54,539 bases of DNA, taken from a virus (taxonomy: Duplodnaviria; Caudoviricetes). This document shows, in pieces, positions 35,855 through 45,848 of this stretch; position 1 is the first letter of the stretch; every line of letters starts with the position of its first letter. Both the position numbers and the translations under genes were made by a program. Under the pieces are notes generated by a model, which was not told the DNA's origin, did not search any database, and worked only from the letters and a program-made list of their open reading frames with translations. The stretch is taken from the IMG/VR virus record IMGVR_UViG_3300032214_000203, positions 1 to 54,539 of that record. One strand, written 5' to 3'.

Positions 35855-36412
35855 ATGACAGATAAACCCAAGCTCACAGTGGTAGGCGGATCAGGTGACA
35901 CCACAGGCACCAACACAGATGCCAAGACCCCAAGGGGAAGGGCATACAAAGGCCAGCCAAAGACAAGTGGCCCAAAGACGCCAGTGAACAGCGAAGGCCT
36001 CACAGCCAAGCAGGAGGCGTTCTGTCACGCTATCCTCGGCGGCAAGGGATGGAGTGACGCATACCGCGAGGCATACGATGCTGAGAACATGAGCGCCGCA
36101 AGCGTCCATCGCGAGGCATATGCACTGGCAACCAGCCCCAAGATTGCATCAAGGCTGGAGCGTGCAGAGAAGGAAAGACAGGCGGAACAGCGCATGCAGC
36201 GGCTCTCTCGAGCAGAGCGTGTCATTGAAAAGCTTGAAGGTATCGGTGTTCGGGGCGATGCTGCAGACGGCACACAGGTGCGGGCACTGGAACTGTTGGG
36301 CAAGACGCTGGGCCTGTTCGTTGACCGGGTCGAGACAGAGGATAAGACGCCGCGTGATGCAGACAGCATCCGTGCAGAACTGGAGCAGCGGATCAACAGG
36401 CTGATGGGTTAG
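35855..36412 (+). CDS. terS: Terminase small subunit
   Basis: LTAKQEAFC......SDAYREAY...ALELLGK.LGLF. Confidence 0.85.
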   Translation: MTDKPKLTVVGGSGDTTGTNTDAKTPRGRAYKGQPKTSGPKTPVNSEGLTAKQEAFCHAILGGKGWSDAYREAYDAENMSAASVHREAYALATSPKIASRLERAEKERQAEQRMQRLSRAERVIEKLEGIGVRGDAADGTQVRALELLGKTLGLFVDRVETEDKTPRDADSIRAELEQRINRLMG

Positions 36413-36728
36413 TTCAATTGCACTTCTGGCAGGGGGGGGTCTTGGCGGGGGGGGTGTCCTTTATTCCCGCAGCCTTCAAACGCGGGCCGTACAGTGGCGG
36501 TGTGTGCTGTCGGGTAGGGTGACCGCCGACACCATAGACTTGGGCCTCTAGCGGGCAGCACAGCGCGTCTGCGGTGCATCTGCTTGCCATGTGCTGCACA
36601 TCCAGCCATCCACACGGTGCAGCGGCGTCAGGACGGTCGGCCCACGACGGAAACGGCCATGGTGCGACCCCCACCTACCCCCATCCCCCCTGACTGCGGG
36701 CTGGCCGACAGCCGAGACATACATGATA

Positions 36729-36792
36729 TTCCGCTCAAACAATTAGCAAACCGCTAGAAAACCCTTCTTCTTCCGCTCAAGCAATTAGCAAA
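36729..36792. repeat. 22-bp direct repeat (42-bp period) in the non-coding terS-terL interval
   Basis: TTCCGCTCAA(A/G)CAATTAGCAAA at 36729 and 36771. Confidence 0.85.
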
Positions 36793-37079
36793 TTCTCACA
36801 AAACCCCCTACCCCCCCTCTTTTTTTCCACTACTCAACCGGAGATAGGTAAAAACCCGGAAAAACACCAGACATGCCTAGGAATCCTACACCCCCCGGTA
36901 GTATTTCTGGCTAAGATTCAGAACTGTTCCGCTATTTCTTTGAACTTTTCACACAAAGCGTGTCGTCTGGGATTACCCGCCAACGCAACTGCGAATGTGT
37001 AACGGCTACAGGTCTGGGAGGCGGGTGTTTTTTTTGTTTTGACCCTACGACGTTGGGTGCCGTGCGTGAGATGCGCGGT

Positions 37080-37544
37080 TTACCAGTTCCCTCTGGCTTT
37101 TCCGATGAAGTAGACGGCGGCCACGAGGATGGCGACGGCGCAGATTGAGGCGGCTATGCCGACGCTCCAGAGGATCACGGCCTCTTTGATCTCCGCTCTG
37201 CGGTATTCGGTCTCTTGGCGCTGTTTGCGGACGCGCCGTATGGTTTCTTTGTACTCTTCTAGACCGTCATGGCCGTATGTGTAGCCAATCATTGTCTCAA
37301 CGTCCTTCTTCATCTGCTGCACCTTCTTCTGTGCAGCGAAGATGTTCATGGCTTCTTCTTCGGCGGAGCCACCGAACTTCCACCATGGTGGGTTTTGGGC
37401 TTTTTCTGCGGCGTAGTTGATGTCCGCGTAGGCACCCGCGAACTTCGACATGGCTTGGGTTGCGTCACGCCCTGCGGATATGAGCGACTGGATGTTTGAC
37501 ACGGCACCTGCCGCGATGGAAAGGGCGGTAAACGGGTCGATCAT
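37080..37544 (-). CDS. Hypothetical protein with C-terminal TM helix
   Basis: Start MIDPFTA after GGAG; helical body, hydrophobic C-terminus. Confidence 0.7.
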   Translation of the reverse strand: MIDPFTALSIAAGAVSNIQSLISAGRDATQAMSKFAGAYADINYAAEKAQNPPWWKFGGSAEEEAMNIFAAQKKVQQMKKDVETMIGYTYGHDGLEEYKETIRRVRKQRQETEYRRAEIKEAVILWSVGIAASICAVAILVAAVYFIGKARGNW

Positions 37545-37702
37545 TTTGATATTCTCCGAACGAGCGGGCATGCGCTGAATGGCTTTTGGACGAAGCTATG
37601 GTGGGTGCCGTCAGGTGAGGTGTACCTGCATATCTGAACGAAGGTGTTGCGACCTTCGAGCCAGAGATGTGTGAAAGATACAAAGATCAGGACGACTTCC
37701 AT
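37541..37702 (-). CDS. Small Cys-containing hypothetical protein
   Basis: MEVVLIFVSF...CRY...CP; GGGAG RBS; ATGA overlap; TTGAGC-N17-TATAGA upstream (37744-37772). Confidence 0.5.
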   Translation of the reverse strand: MEVVLIFVSFTHLWLEGRNTFVQICRYTSPDGTHHSFVQKPFSACPLVRRISK

Positions 37703-37928
37703 GGCGGTTCTCCCGCCTGAGTCTCCCGCCTCAGACATGAAAATCTATACACGAATCGAGCCCTTTGCTCAACACGGTGCCAGACATGAGATGCCACAAT
37801 GTCGTGTGACAAGACTCTTTCCGATTAGGTTAACGGAGGAGGTAGCGCCGTTAACCTTTTAGAGTCCGTAAGAAGTTCTCTTGAACTTTTCTCGCGCACA
37901 CGCGCGAACGACGTATAGACGTTAAGGA

Positions 37929-37993
37929 GTCGGAAGACGTTATGTATAGTGTATATAAGTCGGAAGACGTAATAGGTATTATATATATATACT
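37929..37993. repeat. Element A copy 2
   Basis: CGGAAGACGT at 37931 and 37961, then TA tract and (CG)n run. Confidence 0.85.
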
Positions 37994-38117
37994 ATTACGC
38001 GCGCGCGTTAGTAGTTATATACTTAGGGCCGTGAGGTTTGGGTTTCTCCCACCCGTGCCTCATAGGCAGGCAGGCGCACCCCACCCGCGTCTGTCTGCCG
38101 CCACAAAGGAGAGCCAC

Positions 38118-39626
38118 ATGAGCAGTCTTGCCGCACTGAAGGATAAGATCGGCACCCTCCCACTGGAGGAGCAAGCCAAGCTCCTTGATCTCCTGACGGA
38201 GCTTGAGGAGGCTGAGAACAAAACTGCCGCGAAGGATAACTTCATGGCATTCGTTAGGATGATGTGGCCGAGCTTTATCGGCGGCAAGCATCACAAGACA
38301 ATGGCCGAGGCCTTCGAGCGTGTTGCGCGCGGAGAGTTGAAGCGTCTGATCATCAACATGCCACCTCGACACACCAAGTCAGAGTTTGCATCCTACCTTC
38401 TGCCCGCTTGGTTTCTTGGGAAGTTCCCAGAGAAGAAGGTTATTCAGACGGCACACACAGCCGAACTGGCCGTCGGCTTTGGTCGTAAGGTAAGGAACCT
38501 GATTCAGTCAGAAGACTTTAACAAGGTTTTCTCTGGCATCACGCTGTCGTCAGACTCAAAGGCCGCTGGCCGTTGGAACACCAACAAGCGTGGCGACTAC
38601 TTCGCTATCGGTGTCGGTGGTGCCGTCACAGGTAAAGGCGCAGACCTTCTGATCATCGACGACCCGCACTCCGAACAAGAGGCACAGCAGGGACAGTTCA
38701 ACCCTGAAGTCTATGACCGGGTCTATGAATGGTACACCTCCGGCCCACGTCAGCGTCTCCAGCCCGGTGGTGCCATCATCATCGTTATGACTCGATGGGC
38801 AAAGCGAGACCTGACAGGTCAGATTCTGAAATCCACGGGAGACCGTAAGGGCATGGATGACTGGGAGGTCATTGAGTTCCCGGCAATCATGCCATCAGGA
38901 AATCCGCTCTGGCCCGAGTTCTGGTCGTTGGAAGAACTGGAGGCACTGAAGGCAGAACTTTCTATCTCGAAGTGGTCTGCCCAATACCAACAAGACCCAA
39001 CCTCTGAAGAGGGGGCACTCATCAAGAGGGACTGGTGGCGCGAGTGGCCGGAAGACGAACCCCCCTCTTGCGAAGCTATCATTCAGTCTTGGGACACGGC
39101 ATTCTTGAAAACGCAGCGAAGCGACTACAGCGCCTGCACGACGTGGGGTGTGTTCTATCACCCGGACAAGAATGGCAAGTCTATGCCAAACATTATCCTG
39201 CTTGATGCCTACAAGGAGAAGCTTGAGTTCCCAGACCTGAAGCGCGCAGCCTACGATAAGTTCAAAGAGTTTGACCCCGATCAGATGATTGTTGAAAAGA
39301 AAGCATCTGGTGCTCCGTTGATCTTTGAGCTTAGGGCCATGGGCATTCCAGTGACAGAGTTCACGCCCTCACGGGGGCAAGACAAGATCGCGAGGGTGAA
39401 CGCCGTTACAGACCTGTTCGCCAGCGGAGCGATATGGTATCCTCCCACGCGATGGGCAGAAGAGGTCATCGAGGAATGCGCCGCGTTTCCTTCTGGGGAG
39501 CACGATGACTTTGTGGACTCGACCACTCAAGCTCTGTTAAGGTTCAGGCAAGGTGGCTGGGTGAGAGCCGAATCTGATGACTGGGATGACGAGCCGAAAT
39601 ATCGCAGGCCAGTCGAGTACTACTAG
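38118..39626 (+). CDS. terL: Terminase large subunit
   Basis: NMPPRHTKS, GKGADLLIIDDP, MTRW, QSWDTA, HDDFVDSTTQA; ATG 38118 after AAGGAG. Confidence 0.95.
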   Translation: MSSLAALKDKIGTLPLEEQAKLLDLLTELEEAENKTAAKDNFMAFVRMMWPSFIGGKHHKTMAEAFERVARGELKRLIINMPPRHTKSEFASYLLPAWFLGKFPEKKVIQTAHTAELAVGFGRKVRNLIQSEDFNKVFSGITLSSDSKAAGRWNTNKRGDYFAIGVGGAVTGKGADLLIIDDPHSEQEAQQGQFNPEVYDRVYEWYTSGPRQRLQPGGAIIIVMTRWAKRDLTGQILKSTGDRKGMDDWEVIEFPAIMPSGNPLWPEFWSLEELEALKAELSISKWSAQYQQDPTSEEGALIKRDWWREWPEDEPPSCEAIIQSWDTAFLKTQRSDYSACTTWGVFYHPDKNGKSMPNIILLDAYKEKLEFPDLKRAAYDKFKEFDPDQMIVEKKASGAPLIFELRAMGIPVTEFTPSRGQDKIARVNAVTDLFASGAIWYPPTRWAEEVIEECAAFPSGEHDDFVDSTTQALLRFRQGGWVRAESDDWDDEPKYRRPVEYY

Positions 39627-39636
39627 GAGCTTGTGA

Positions 39637-42081
39637 ATGGCTATTGAAAAGCGCATGGAGCCGTCGGACTTCGACATCGAAGGCACTGATGCCGAGGAAA
39701 TCGAAGTAGAAATCGTCAACCCAGAAGCTGTGTCCATCGACACGGAAGATGGTGGGGTGATCATTGACTTCGAGGGTGGTGCTTCTGAAGAGCTTCTTGA
39801 GACAGACCATGACTCGAACCTTGCTGAGTTCATTGATGAGTCTGACCTGCAAGCCATGGCCGCCGAGCTTATTGATGATTTCAATTCAGACCGGGAATCC
39901 CGCAAGGAGTGGGCACGAGCCTACGTTAAGGGCCTAGACCTTCTTGGCATGAAGATCGAAGAGCGCAGCCAGCCGTGGCAGGGTGCCTCTGGTGTGTTCC
40001 ACCCCGTCCTGACCGAAGCCGTTGTTCGCTTCCAAGCGCAAGCCATGAGTGAGCTTTATCCGGCCTCTGGCCCTGTTCGCACCAAGATCATGGGCAAGCT
40101 GACGCCTGAGAAAATGGATCAGGCTGACCGGGTAAAGACGGAGATGAACTACATCATCACCGAGGAAATGACCGAGTATCGCGATGAGATGGAGCAGATG
40201 CTGTTCAAGCTTCCGCTTGCTGGCTCTTCGTTCAAGAAGGTCTACTACGACCCCATCCTTGAACGCCCGTGTGCCATGTTCATCCCTGCAGAAGACTTTG
40301 TTGTTTCCTACGGTGCCTCAGACCTCATGACGTGCCCGCGTTACACGCATGTTATGAAGAAAACCAAGAACGAAATCTTGGAGATGCAAGTCGCTGGTAT
40401 GTATCGAGAGGTAGAGCTTCCCGATCCAGCGCCCGATTTCTCCGACATCCAAGACAAGTACGATGAGCTTGATGGGGAAAGCGCCGTCCTTGAGGACGAT
40501 GATCGCTACACTCTCCTCGAGATGCATGTCAGCATGAACATGCCGGAAGACTTTGACGACCCGGATGGAATTGCCCGCCCCTATGTGGTGACCATCGACA
40601 AGTCATCGAAGGAGGTTCTTGCCATCCGCAGGAACTGGTATGCCGACGACCAGAAGAAAAAAAAGCGGATGCACTTCGTCCACTACAAATATCTTCCGGG
40701 TCTAGGGTTCTATGGCACAGGTCTTATCCACCTCATGGGTGGTCTGGCCAAATCAGCGACATCGATCCTTCGGCAGCTCATTGATGCTGGCACTTTGTCA
40801 AACCTTCCGGCTGGTCTCAAAGCCCGTGGCCTGCGCATTAAGGGCGATGACACGCCCCTGATGCCGGGCGAGTTCAGGGATGTGGACGTGCCGGGCGGAG
40901 CGATCCGCGACTCGATCACGTTCATTCCTTACAAGGAACCGTCAGCAGTTCTCTACTCGCTACTCGGAAATATCGTTGAGGAAAGCCGCCGCGTGGGCTC
41001 AGTCGCAGATATTCAAGTTGGCGACATCAGCGCGCAGGCACCCGTTGGTACAACGCTGGCACTGATGGAACGCTCCATGAAGGTCATGAGCGGCGTACAA
41101 GCCCGCCTACATGCTGCCATGAAGAATGAACTCCGCATTCTTGCGAGGATCATTCACGACTACATGCCCGCCGAGTATGCCTACGAAATGGATGGCGACT
41201 TCAATCGCATCGAGGACTTTGACAAGCGCATTGATGTTATCCCGGTCTCTGACCCGAACGCTGCCACCATGGCGCAGCGGATCATGCAGTATCAAGCTGC
41301 CCTACAGCTTTCACAGCAGGCACCACAACTCTACGACATGGGAAAGCTTCATCGTCAAATGCTGGAGGTTCTCGGCATTCAGGACGCAAGCGACATCATC
41401 AAACTTCCGGAAGACATCAAGCCTGCAGACCCAGTCACAGAAAACATGATGCTGCTGAAGCAAGAGCCAGTGAAGGCATTCAAGTACCAAGATCACGAAG
41501 CTCACATCGCTGTCCACATGGCGGCAATGCAAGACCCGAAGATGCGCGAACTGGTTGGCCAGTCTCCGTTTGCTCAGGCAATTGGGCAGGCTATGGCGGC
41601 GCACGTCACCGAGCACGTTGCCTTCCAGTATCGTCGCAACATCGAGAAGATGCTTGGCGTCGAACTGCCAAACGAAGATCAGGCACTTCCCGAGGATGTC
41701 GAGATCGAAATCTCTCGCCTTGCCAAAGACGCAGCCGAAAAGCTTCTTCAAAAGGATCAGGCCGAAGCTCAGGCAGCGCAGGCACAGCAGCAAATGCAAG
41801 ACCCTGTTGTGCAGATGCAGCAACAAGAGCTTCAACTCAAGCAGCAGGAACTGCAGCACAAGATCAAAATGGACGAAGCAAAGCTGCAGCTTGATGCGCT
41901 AAACAAGCAAACCAACGCACAGCTTCAGGCTCAGCGGATCAGTTCCGAAAACCAAAGGGCTGGCGCGCAGATTGGTGCCCGCCTCGCTGCGGAACTTGAC
42001 AGAGGACAGCGTGAAGACAAACAGGCTGGAGCAAAACTTGGAATCGAAATAGCAAAGGAGCTTGCTAAGGGAGATGGATGA
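39637..42081 (+). CDS. Portal protein
   Basis: 814 aa after terL; GSSFKKVYYD, GFYG.GL, C-terminal Gln-rich coiled coil (P22-like barrel). Confidence 0.88.
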   Translation: MAIEKRMEPSDFDIEGTDAEEIEVEIVNPEAVSIDTEDGGVIIDFEGGASEELLETDHDSNLAEFIDESDLQAMAAELIDDFNSDRESRKEWARAYVKGLDLLGMKIEERSQPWQGASGVFHPVLTEAVVRFQAQAMSELYPASGPVRTKIMGKLTPEKMDQADRVKTEMNYIITEEMTEYRDEMEQMLFKLPLAGSSFKKVYYDPILERPCAMFIPAEDFVVSYGASDLMTCPRYTHVMKKTKNEILEMQVAGMYREVELPDPAPDFSDIQDKYDELDGESAVLEDDDRYTLLEMHVSMNMPEDFDDPDGIARPYVVTIDKSSKEVLAIRRNWYADDQKKKKRMHFVHYKYLPGLGFYGTGLIHLMGGLAKSATSILRQLIDAGTLSNLPAGLKARGLRIKGDDTPLMPGEFRDVDVPGGAIRDSITFIPYKEPSAVLYSLLGNIVEESRRVGSVADIQVGDISAQAPVGTTLALMERSMKVMSGVQARLHAAMKNELRILARIIHDYMPAEYAYEMDGDFNRIEDFDKRIDVIPVSDPNAATMAQRIMQYQAALQLSQQAPQLYDMGKLHRQMLEVLGIQDASDIIKLPEDIKPADPVTENMMLLKQEPVKAFKYQDHEAHIAVHMAAMQDPKMRELVGQSPFAQAIGQAMAAHVTEHVAFQYRRNIEKMLGVELPNEDQALPEDVEIEISRLAKDAAEKLLQKDQAEAQAAQAQQQMQDPVVQMQQQELQLKQQELQHKIKMDEAKLQLDALNKQTNAQLQAQRISSENQRAGAQIGARLAAELDRGQREDKQAGAKLGIEIAKELAKGDG

Positions 42082-42262
42082 TACTGTGGTCGCGCTGATA
42101 AAGCGCACGATACAAGAGTCCAAGCAAAGTCTGGAACAATATCTCGCGGGTGGTGGCGCGGATAGCTTCGAACAATACAATCGCGCCGTTGGCCGATATG
42201 AAGCCCTGCGCCTCATAGAAGGAGAAATAGCGGACATAGAGAAAAGATACATTGAAAGTTAG
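42074..42262 (+). CDS. Small hypothetical protein
   Basis: MDDTV...GG..SFEQY...VG pattern between portal and GroES. Confidence 0.65.
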   Translation: MDDTVVALIKRTIQESKQSLEQYLAGGGADSFEQYNRAVGRYEALRLIEGEIADIEKRYIES

Positions 42263-42279
42263 AACTTTTAAGGTATCTT
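42252..42279 (+). promoter_or_regulatory. Putative promoter for head genes
   Basis: TTGAAA-N16-TATCTT with a GAACTTTT half-site in the spacer. Confidence 0.4.
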
Positions 42280-42350
42280 GCGAACCGGGAGAGCTTCGCG
42301 GGTAGTCCGCGCAGGGTGACTGTGAGCCTTAAATCACTGCAGGAACGAGA

Positions 42351-42719
42351 ATGTACACGGGTGAGACAACGACAGACGAGCGCGTAGCGTCTAAACTACC
42401 GCAGCCTCAAGGATACAAAGTCCTTATTGGCGTCCCAGAAATCAGCGAAAAAACCGAAGGTGGTGTCTTCATGCCGGATGGCTTGAAGTCTGCTGAAGAG
42501 ACAGCGTCAATTATTGGCTTTGTCATGAAGGTTGGGCCTGATGCCTACAAAGACGAAAACAAGTTCCCGAACGGCGCTTACTGCAAAGAAGGCGACTTCG
42601 TGATCTTCCGTTCGTACTCTGGCACGAGATTCAAGATTCATGGGAAAGAGTTTCGACTCATCAACGACGACACCGTGGAAGCGGTTGTTGACGATCCAAG
42701 GGGGTATAGCCGAGCATGA
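42351..42719 (+). CDS. groES: Co-chaperonin GroES-like protein
   Basis: P.GYKVLI, EKTEGGVFMP, VMKVGPDAY, GDFVIF..YSGT, LINDD.V.AVV. Confidence 0.88.
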   Translation: MYTGETTTDERVASKLPQPQGYKVLIGVPEISEKTEGGVFMPDGLKSAEETASIIGFVMKVGPDAYKDENKFPNGAYCKEGDFVIFRSYSGTRFKIHGKEFRLINDDTVEAVVDDPRGYSRA

Positions 42720-43669
42720 ACCGCGCACTTGAACAGGACGATTTTGAATTTGAGGAAGAGACCTCCTCAAAAGTTCAATCGAACAAATCCGAAGACGAAG
42801 ACTTTGAGATCGAGGTAATCGATGACACGCCCGAGCCGGATCGCGGCAAGGCGCGTCGTGCGGATGATACCGAGGCTCAGGTTCCAGAAGACGATGAGAT
42901 TCAGTCTTACAGCGAGGGTGTGCAGAAGCGCATCAAGCAGTTGAAGTTTGAATACCATGAAGAGCGCCGCCGCAAAGAAGAGGCCGCACGTCTTCAAGAA
43001 GAGGCACTGCGCTACGCCCAGCAGGTTAAAGCTGAGAACGACAAGCTTCGCAAAACGCTTGAAGAGGGCGAAGGCGTTCTTGTCAATCAAGCTAAGGGCC
43101 GCGTTGCTGCCGAGCTGGACAAGGCAAAGGCCGCCTACAAGGCAGCCTATGAGGCTGGCGACTCAGATGCTCTGATTGAGGCACAGGAGCGTTTGACCAC
43201 GCTTCAGGCTGAGAAGATGCGGTATGACAGCTATCGTCCGCAACCGCGTCAGGCTCAAACTCCCGCACCGGAATATACAAAGCCGCAGCCACAGCCGCCT
43301 CGTCCAGACGAGAAGGCTTTGTCTTGGGCGCAGAAGAACACTTGGTTCGAGCGCGACTCAGAGATGACTGGCTACGCTTATGGGCTGCACGAGAAGCTCG
43401 TAAGAAGTGGAGTTGATCCGCGAAGCGATGAGTATTACAATCAAATTGACCGTGCGGTTCGCCGCATGTTCCCGGATAGGTTTGACATTGGGAAAATTGA
43501 GGAAGCAGCACCCCATCGTCAGGCTGGTAACGTGGTCGCCCCCGCCGCTAGAAGCGGAAAGAAACCACGCAAAGTGCAACTGACCTCGACGCAGGTCGCT
43601 CTCGCCAAGCGGCTTGGTCTGTCAAATGAACAATATGCGGCGCAATTGCTGAAGGAAATGAACAAATGA
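42716..43669 (+). CDS. Scaffolding protein (putative)
   Basis: Acidic N-terminus, long coiled coil, C-terminal LT..QVALAKRLGLS.EQYA; before the capsid genes. Confidence 0.7.
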   Translation: MNRALEQDDFEFEEETSSKVQSNKSEDEDFEIEVIDDTPEPDRGKARRADDTEAQVPEDDEIQSYSEGVQKRIKQLKFEYHEERRRKEEAARLQEEALRYAQQVKAENDKLRKTLEEGEGVLVNQAKGRVAAELDKAKAAYKAAYEAGDSDALIEAQERLTTLQAEKMRYDSYRPQPRQAQTPAPEYTKPQPQPPRPDEKALSWAQKNTWFERDSEMTGYAYGLHEKLVRSGVDPRSDEYYNQIDRAVRRMFPDRFDIGKIEEAAPHRQAGNVVAPAARSGKKPRKVQLTSTQVALAKRLGLSNEQYAAQLLKEMNK

Positions 43670-44109
43670 CGGATCGCACCCCACGCAATGTTGAAACGCG
43701 CGAAGCGGAAAAACGTAAGGTGACATGGGAAAGACCTTCGATGCTGCCTACCCCCGAACCTCGCGATGGGATTTCCTACCGCTGGATTCGCACATCCACT
43801 TTGGGTAACGCAGACAACACGAATGTCTCTTCCAGATTTCGTGAGGGCTGGACACCTGTCCGTGCAGCTGATCATCCAAACCTTCAAATTGTGTCCGACA
43901 TCGACTCTCGATTTAAGGACAACATTGAGGTCGGTGGGTTGCTGCTTTGTCAGAACGCTACCGAAAAAGTTGAGGCTCGGATTGAAGCCCAGCGCACAAT
44001 GGCCGCAAACCAAATGAGTGCTGTGGACAACAACTACCTCAAGAACTCAGACCCTCGCATGCCCGTCCTGAAACCAGAACGTGCTACGCGAACTTCGTTT
44101 GGTAAGTGA
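43666..44109 (+). CDS. Head-associated hypothetical protein
   Basis: YRWIR...N...R.REGW.PV...IEVGGLLLC. Confidence 0.7.
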   Translation: MTDRTPRNVETREAEKRKVTWERPSMLPTPEPRDGISYRWIRTSTLGNADNTNVSSRFREGWTPVRAADHPNLQIVSDIDSRFKDNIEVGGLLLCQNATEKVEARIEAQRTMAANQMSAVDNNYLKNSDPRMPVLKPERATRTSFGK

Positions 44110-44154
44110 ACCTAAACAGTCGCTTGCCTTTGTTGAAATCTAGGAGGATGAGAT

Positions 44155-44766
44155 ATGGCTACTACTGCCGCTCCTTATGGCCTTCGTCCGGTGAAACGCG
44201 CCGACGGTATGCCTTACGCTGGGGCTACGTCCCAGTACCTCATCGATCCGGCTGGTGAAGCGACGAACCTGTTCTATGGTCAAGTCGTTATCATTGGCGC
44301 GGATGGATACATTGCTCTTGCTACCGGGACGGGTTCCGACCTGACCACGAACAGCATCAGCGGCACAACTGGTGTCGGCGCTATCGGCGTCTTCGTTGGT
44401 TGTGAGTATGTGAACTCTTCGGGGCAACTCGTTCAGGCACAATACTACCCTTCTGGTACTGCCAACGGTGGCACGATTAAAGCCTATGTCGTCGATGACC
44501 CCAATGTCTTGTTCCAAGCTCAGCTTGACGGGTCGGGTGCTCAGACGGTCATTGGCACCAACACGTTCTTTGCTGCGGCTCAGTCTACCTCGACAGGCTC
44601 GACCTCGACGGGTAACTCGACCTCGGCACTGGATGCCACCGTCCAAACCGCAGCGGCTGCATTCCGCATCGTTGCTCATGTGTCACCTGCGAGTGATGCG
44701 TTTCCGGATGTACTTGTAAAGTTCAATCCGGGCGCTCATCAGATGACTAACAACGTCGGCCTGTAA
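44155..44766 (+). CDS. Capsid decoration/minor capsid protein (putative)
   Basis: AP.GLRPV...GVFVGCEY...VVDDPNVLF; AGGAGG RBS; directly before the MCP. Confidence 0.65.
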   Translation: MATTAAPYGLRPVKRADGMPYAGATSQYLIDPAGEATNLFYGQVVIIGADGYIALATGTGSDLTTNSISGTTGVGAIGVFVGCEYVNSSGQLVQAQYYPSGTANGGTIKAYVVDDPNVLFQAQLDGSGAQTVIGTNTFFAAAQSTSTGSTSTGNSTSALDATVQTAAAAFRIVAHVSPASDAFPDVLVKFNPGAHQMTNNVGL

Positions 44767-44777
44767 GGAGTTGTGAC

Positions 44778-45686
44778 ATGGCTATTTCACGCGCCCAACT
44801 TCTGAAAGAACTCCTGCCGGGCCTTAACGCCCTGTTCGGCTTTGAGTACGGTAAGTACGAAAACGAGCATGCAGAAATCTACGAGACCGAAACCTCTGAG
44901 CGTAGCTTCGAAGAAGAAGTCAAGCTGTCTGGTTTTGGCGCAGCTCCGGTGAAAGCTGAAGGTGCATCTCTCTCGTATGACAACGCACAGGAATCTTTCA
45001 CTGCCCGTTACAACCACGAAACCGTGGCAATGGGCTTCTCCATCACTGAAGAAGCGATGGAAGATAACCTGTATGACTCGCTGTCTGCGCGTTATACGAA
45101 GGCTCTGGCTCGCGCCATGGCTTACACCAAGCAGGTTAAGGCAGCATCGCTGCTGAACACCGGGTTCGATGTCTTCACCTCTGGTGATGGCGCGTTCCTG
45201 TTCAGCACTACGCACCCGACTGTGGCTGGCACTAACAATGCCAACCGTCCGTCGGTCGCGGCTGACCTTAACGAAACCTCGCTCGAGCAGGCTGTGATTG
45301 ATATCGCAGCATACACTGACGAGCGTGGCCTGCTGATCGCTGCACGTCCGCGCAAGCTGATCGTGCCGCCGTCCCTGATGTTCGTTGCGACCCGTCTGCT
45401 GCAGACTGAGCTGCGTGTCGGCACCGCCGATAACGACATCAACGCTCTCAAGTCGAACGGCTCGATCCCGGAAGGCTACCGTGTCAACCATTATCTTATC
45501 GATAATGACGCATGGTTCCTGACCACGGACGTTCCGAACGGCATGAAGCACTTCGTGCGTACTGCAATGCAGACCGCTATGGATGGCGACTTCGACACCG
45601 GGAACGTTCGCTACAAGGCCCGCGAGCGTTACTCGTTTGGCGTTTCCGACCCGCTGGGTATCTACGGTTCGCCGGGCGCTGCATAA
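44778..45686 (+). CDS. Major capsid protein
   Basis: MAISRAQLLKELLPGLNALFG..., KLIVPP.L, RYKARERYSFG.SDP; strong codon bias; terminator follows. Confidence 0.9.
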   Translation: MAISRAQLLKELLPGLNALFGFEYGKYENEHAEIYETETSERSFEEEVKLSGFGAAPVKAEGASLSYDNAQESFTARYNHETVAMGFSITEEAMEDNLYDSLSARYTKALARAMAYTKQVKAASLLNTGFDVFTSGDGAFLFSTTHPTVAGTNNANRPSVAADLNETSLEQAVIDIAAYTDERGLLIAARPRKLIVPPSLMFVATRLLQTELRVGTADNDINALKSNGSIPEGYRVNHYLIDNDAWFLTTDVPNGMKHFVRTAMQTAMDGDFDTGNVRYKARERYSFGVSDPLGIYGSPGAA

Positions 45687-45702
45687 GTTCAATTGAACTT
45701 AT
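45683..45702. promoter_or_regulatory. Perfect copy of the recurring GTTC-N4-GAAC palindrome
   Basis: ATAAGTTCAATTGAACTTAT; other copies at 5603, 27570, 30691, 32816, 35734, 37875, 42773, 49271. Confidence 0.65.
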
Positions 45703-45738
45703 AAAGAGGGGGCGGCTTCGGTCGCCCCTTTCTTTTTT
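45703..45738 (+). terminator. Intrinsic terminator after the MCP
   Basis: GGGGCGGC-TTCG-GTCGCCCC followed by a T tract. Confidence 0.88.
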
Positions 45739-45848
45739 ATTGTGCGCCGTGTACACTTCGCGCAGGGTAACATCAGCCACGCAGACAGGACGCCCGACCT
45801 GACGATGCACAGACTGCGCGGCGAATCCTTGTGCAAAGGGGTAATTCC

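Noticed and set aside
24368-37993. CRISPR or mini-array reading of the 30-bp and 42-bp period repeats
   Set aside because: Only two short units per locus, spacers too short or similar between loci, and no cas operon; the Cas4-like nuclease sits in a recombination operon.
44787-45692. Antisense ORF covering the major capsid gene
   Set aside because: In-register shadow ORF of a highly biased gene.
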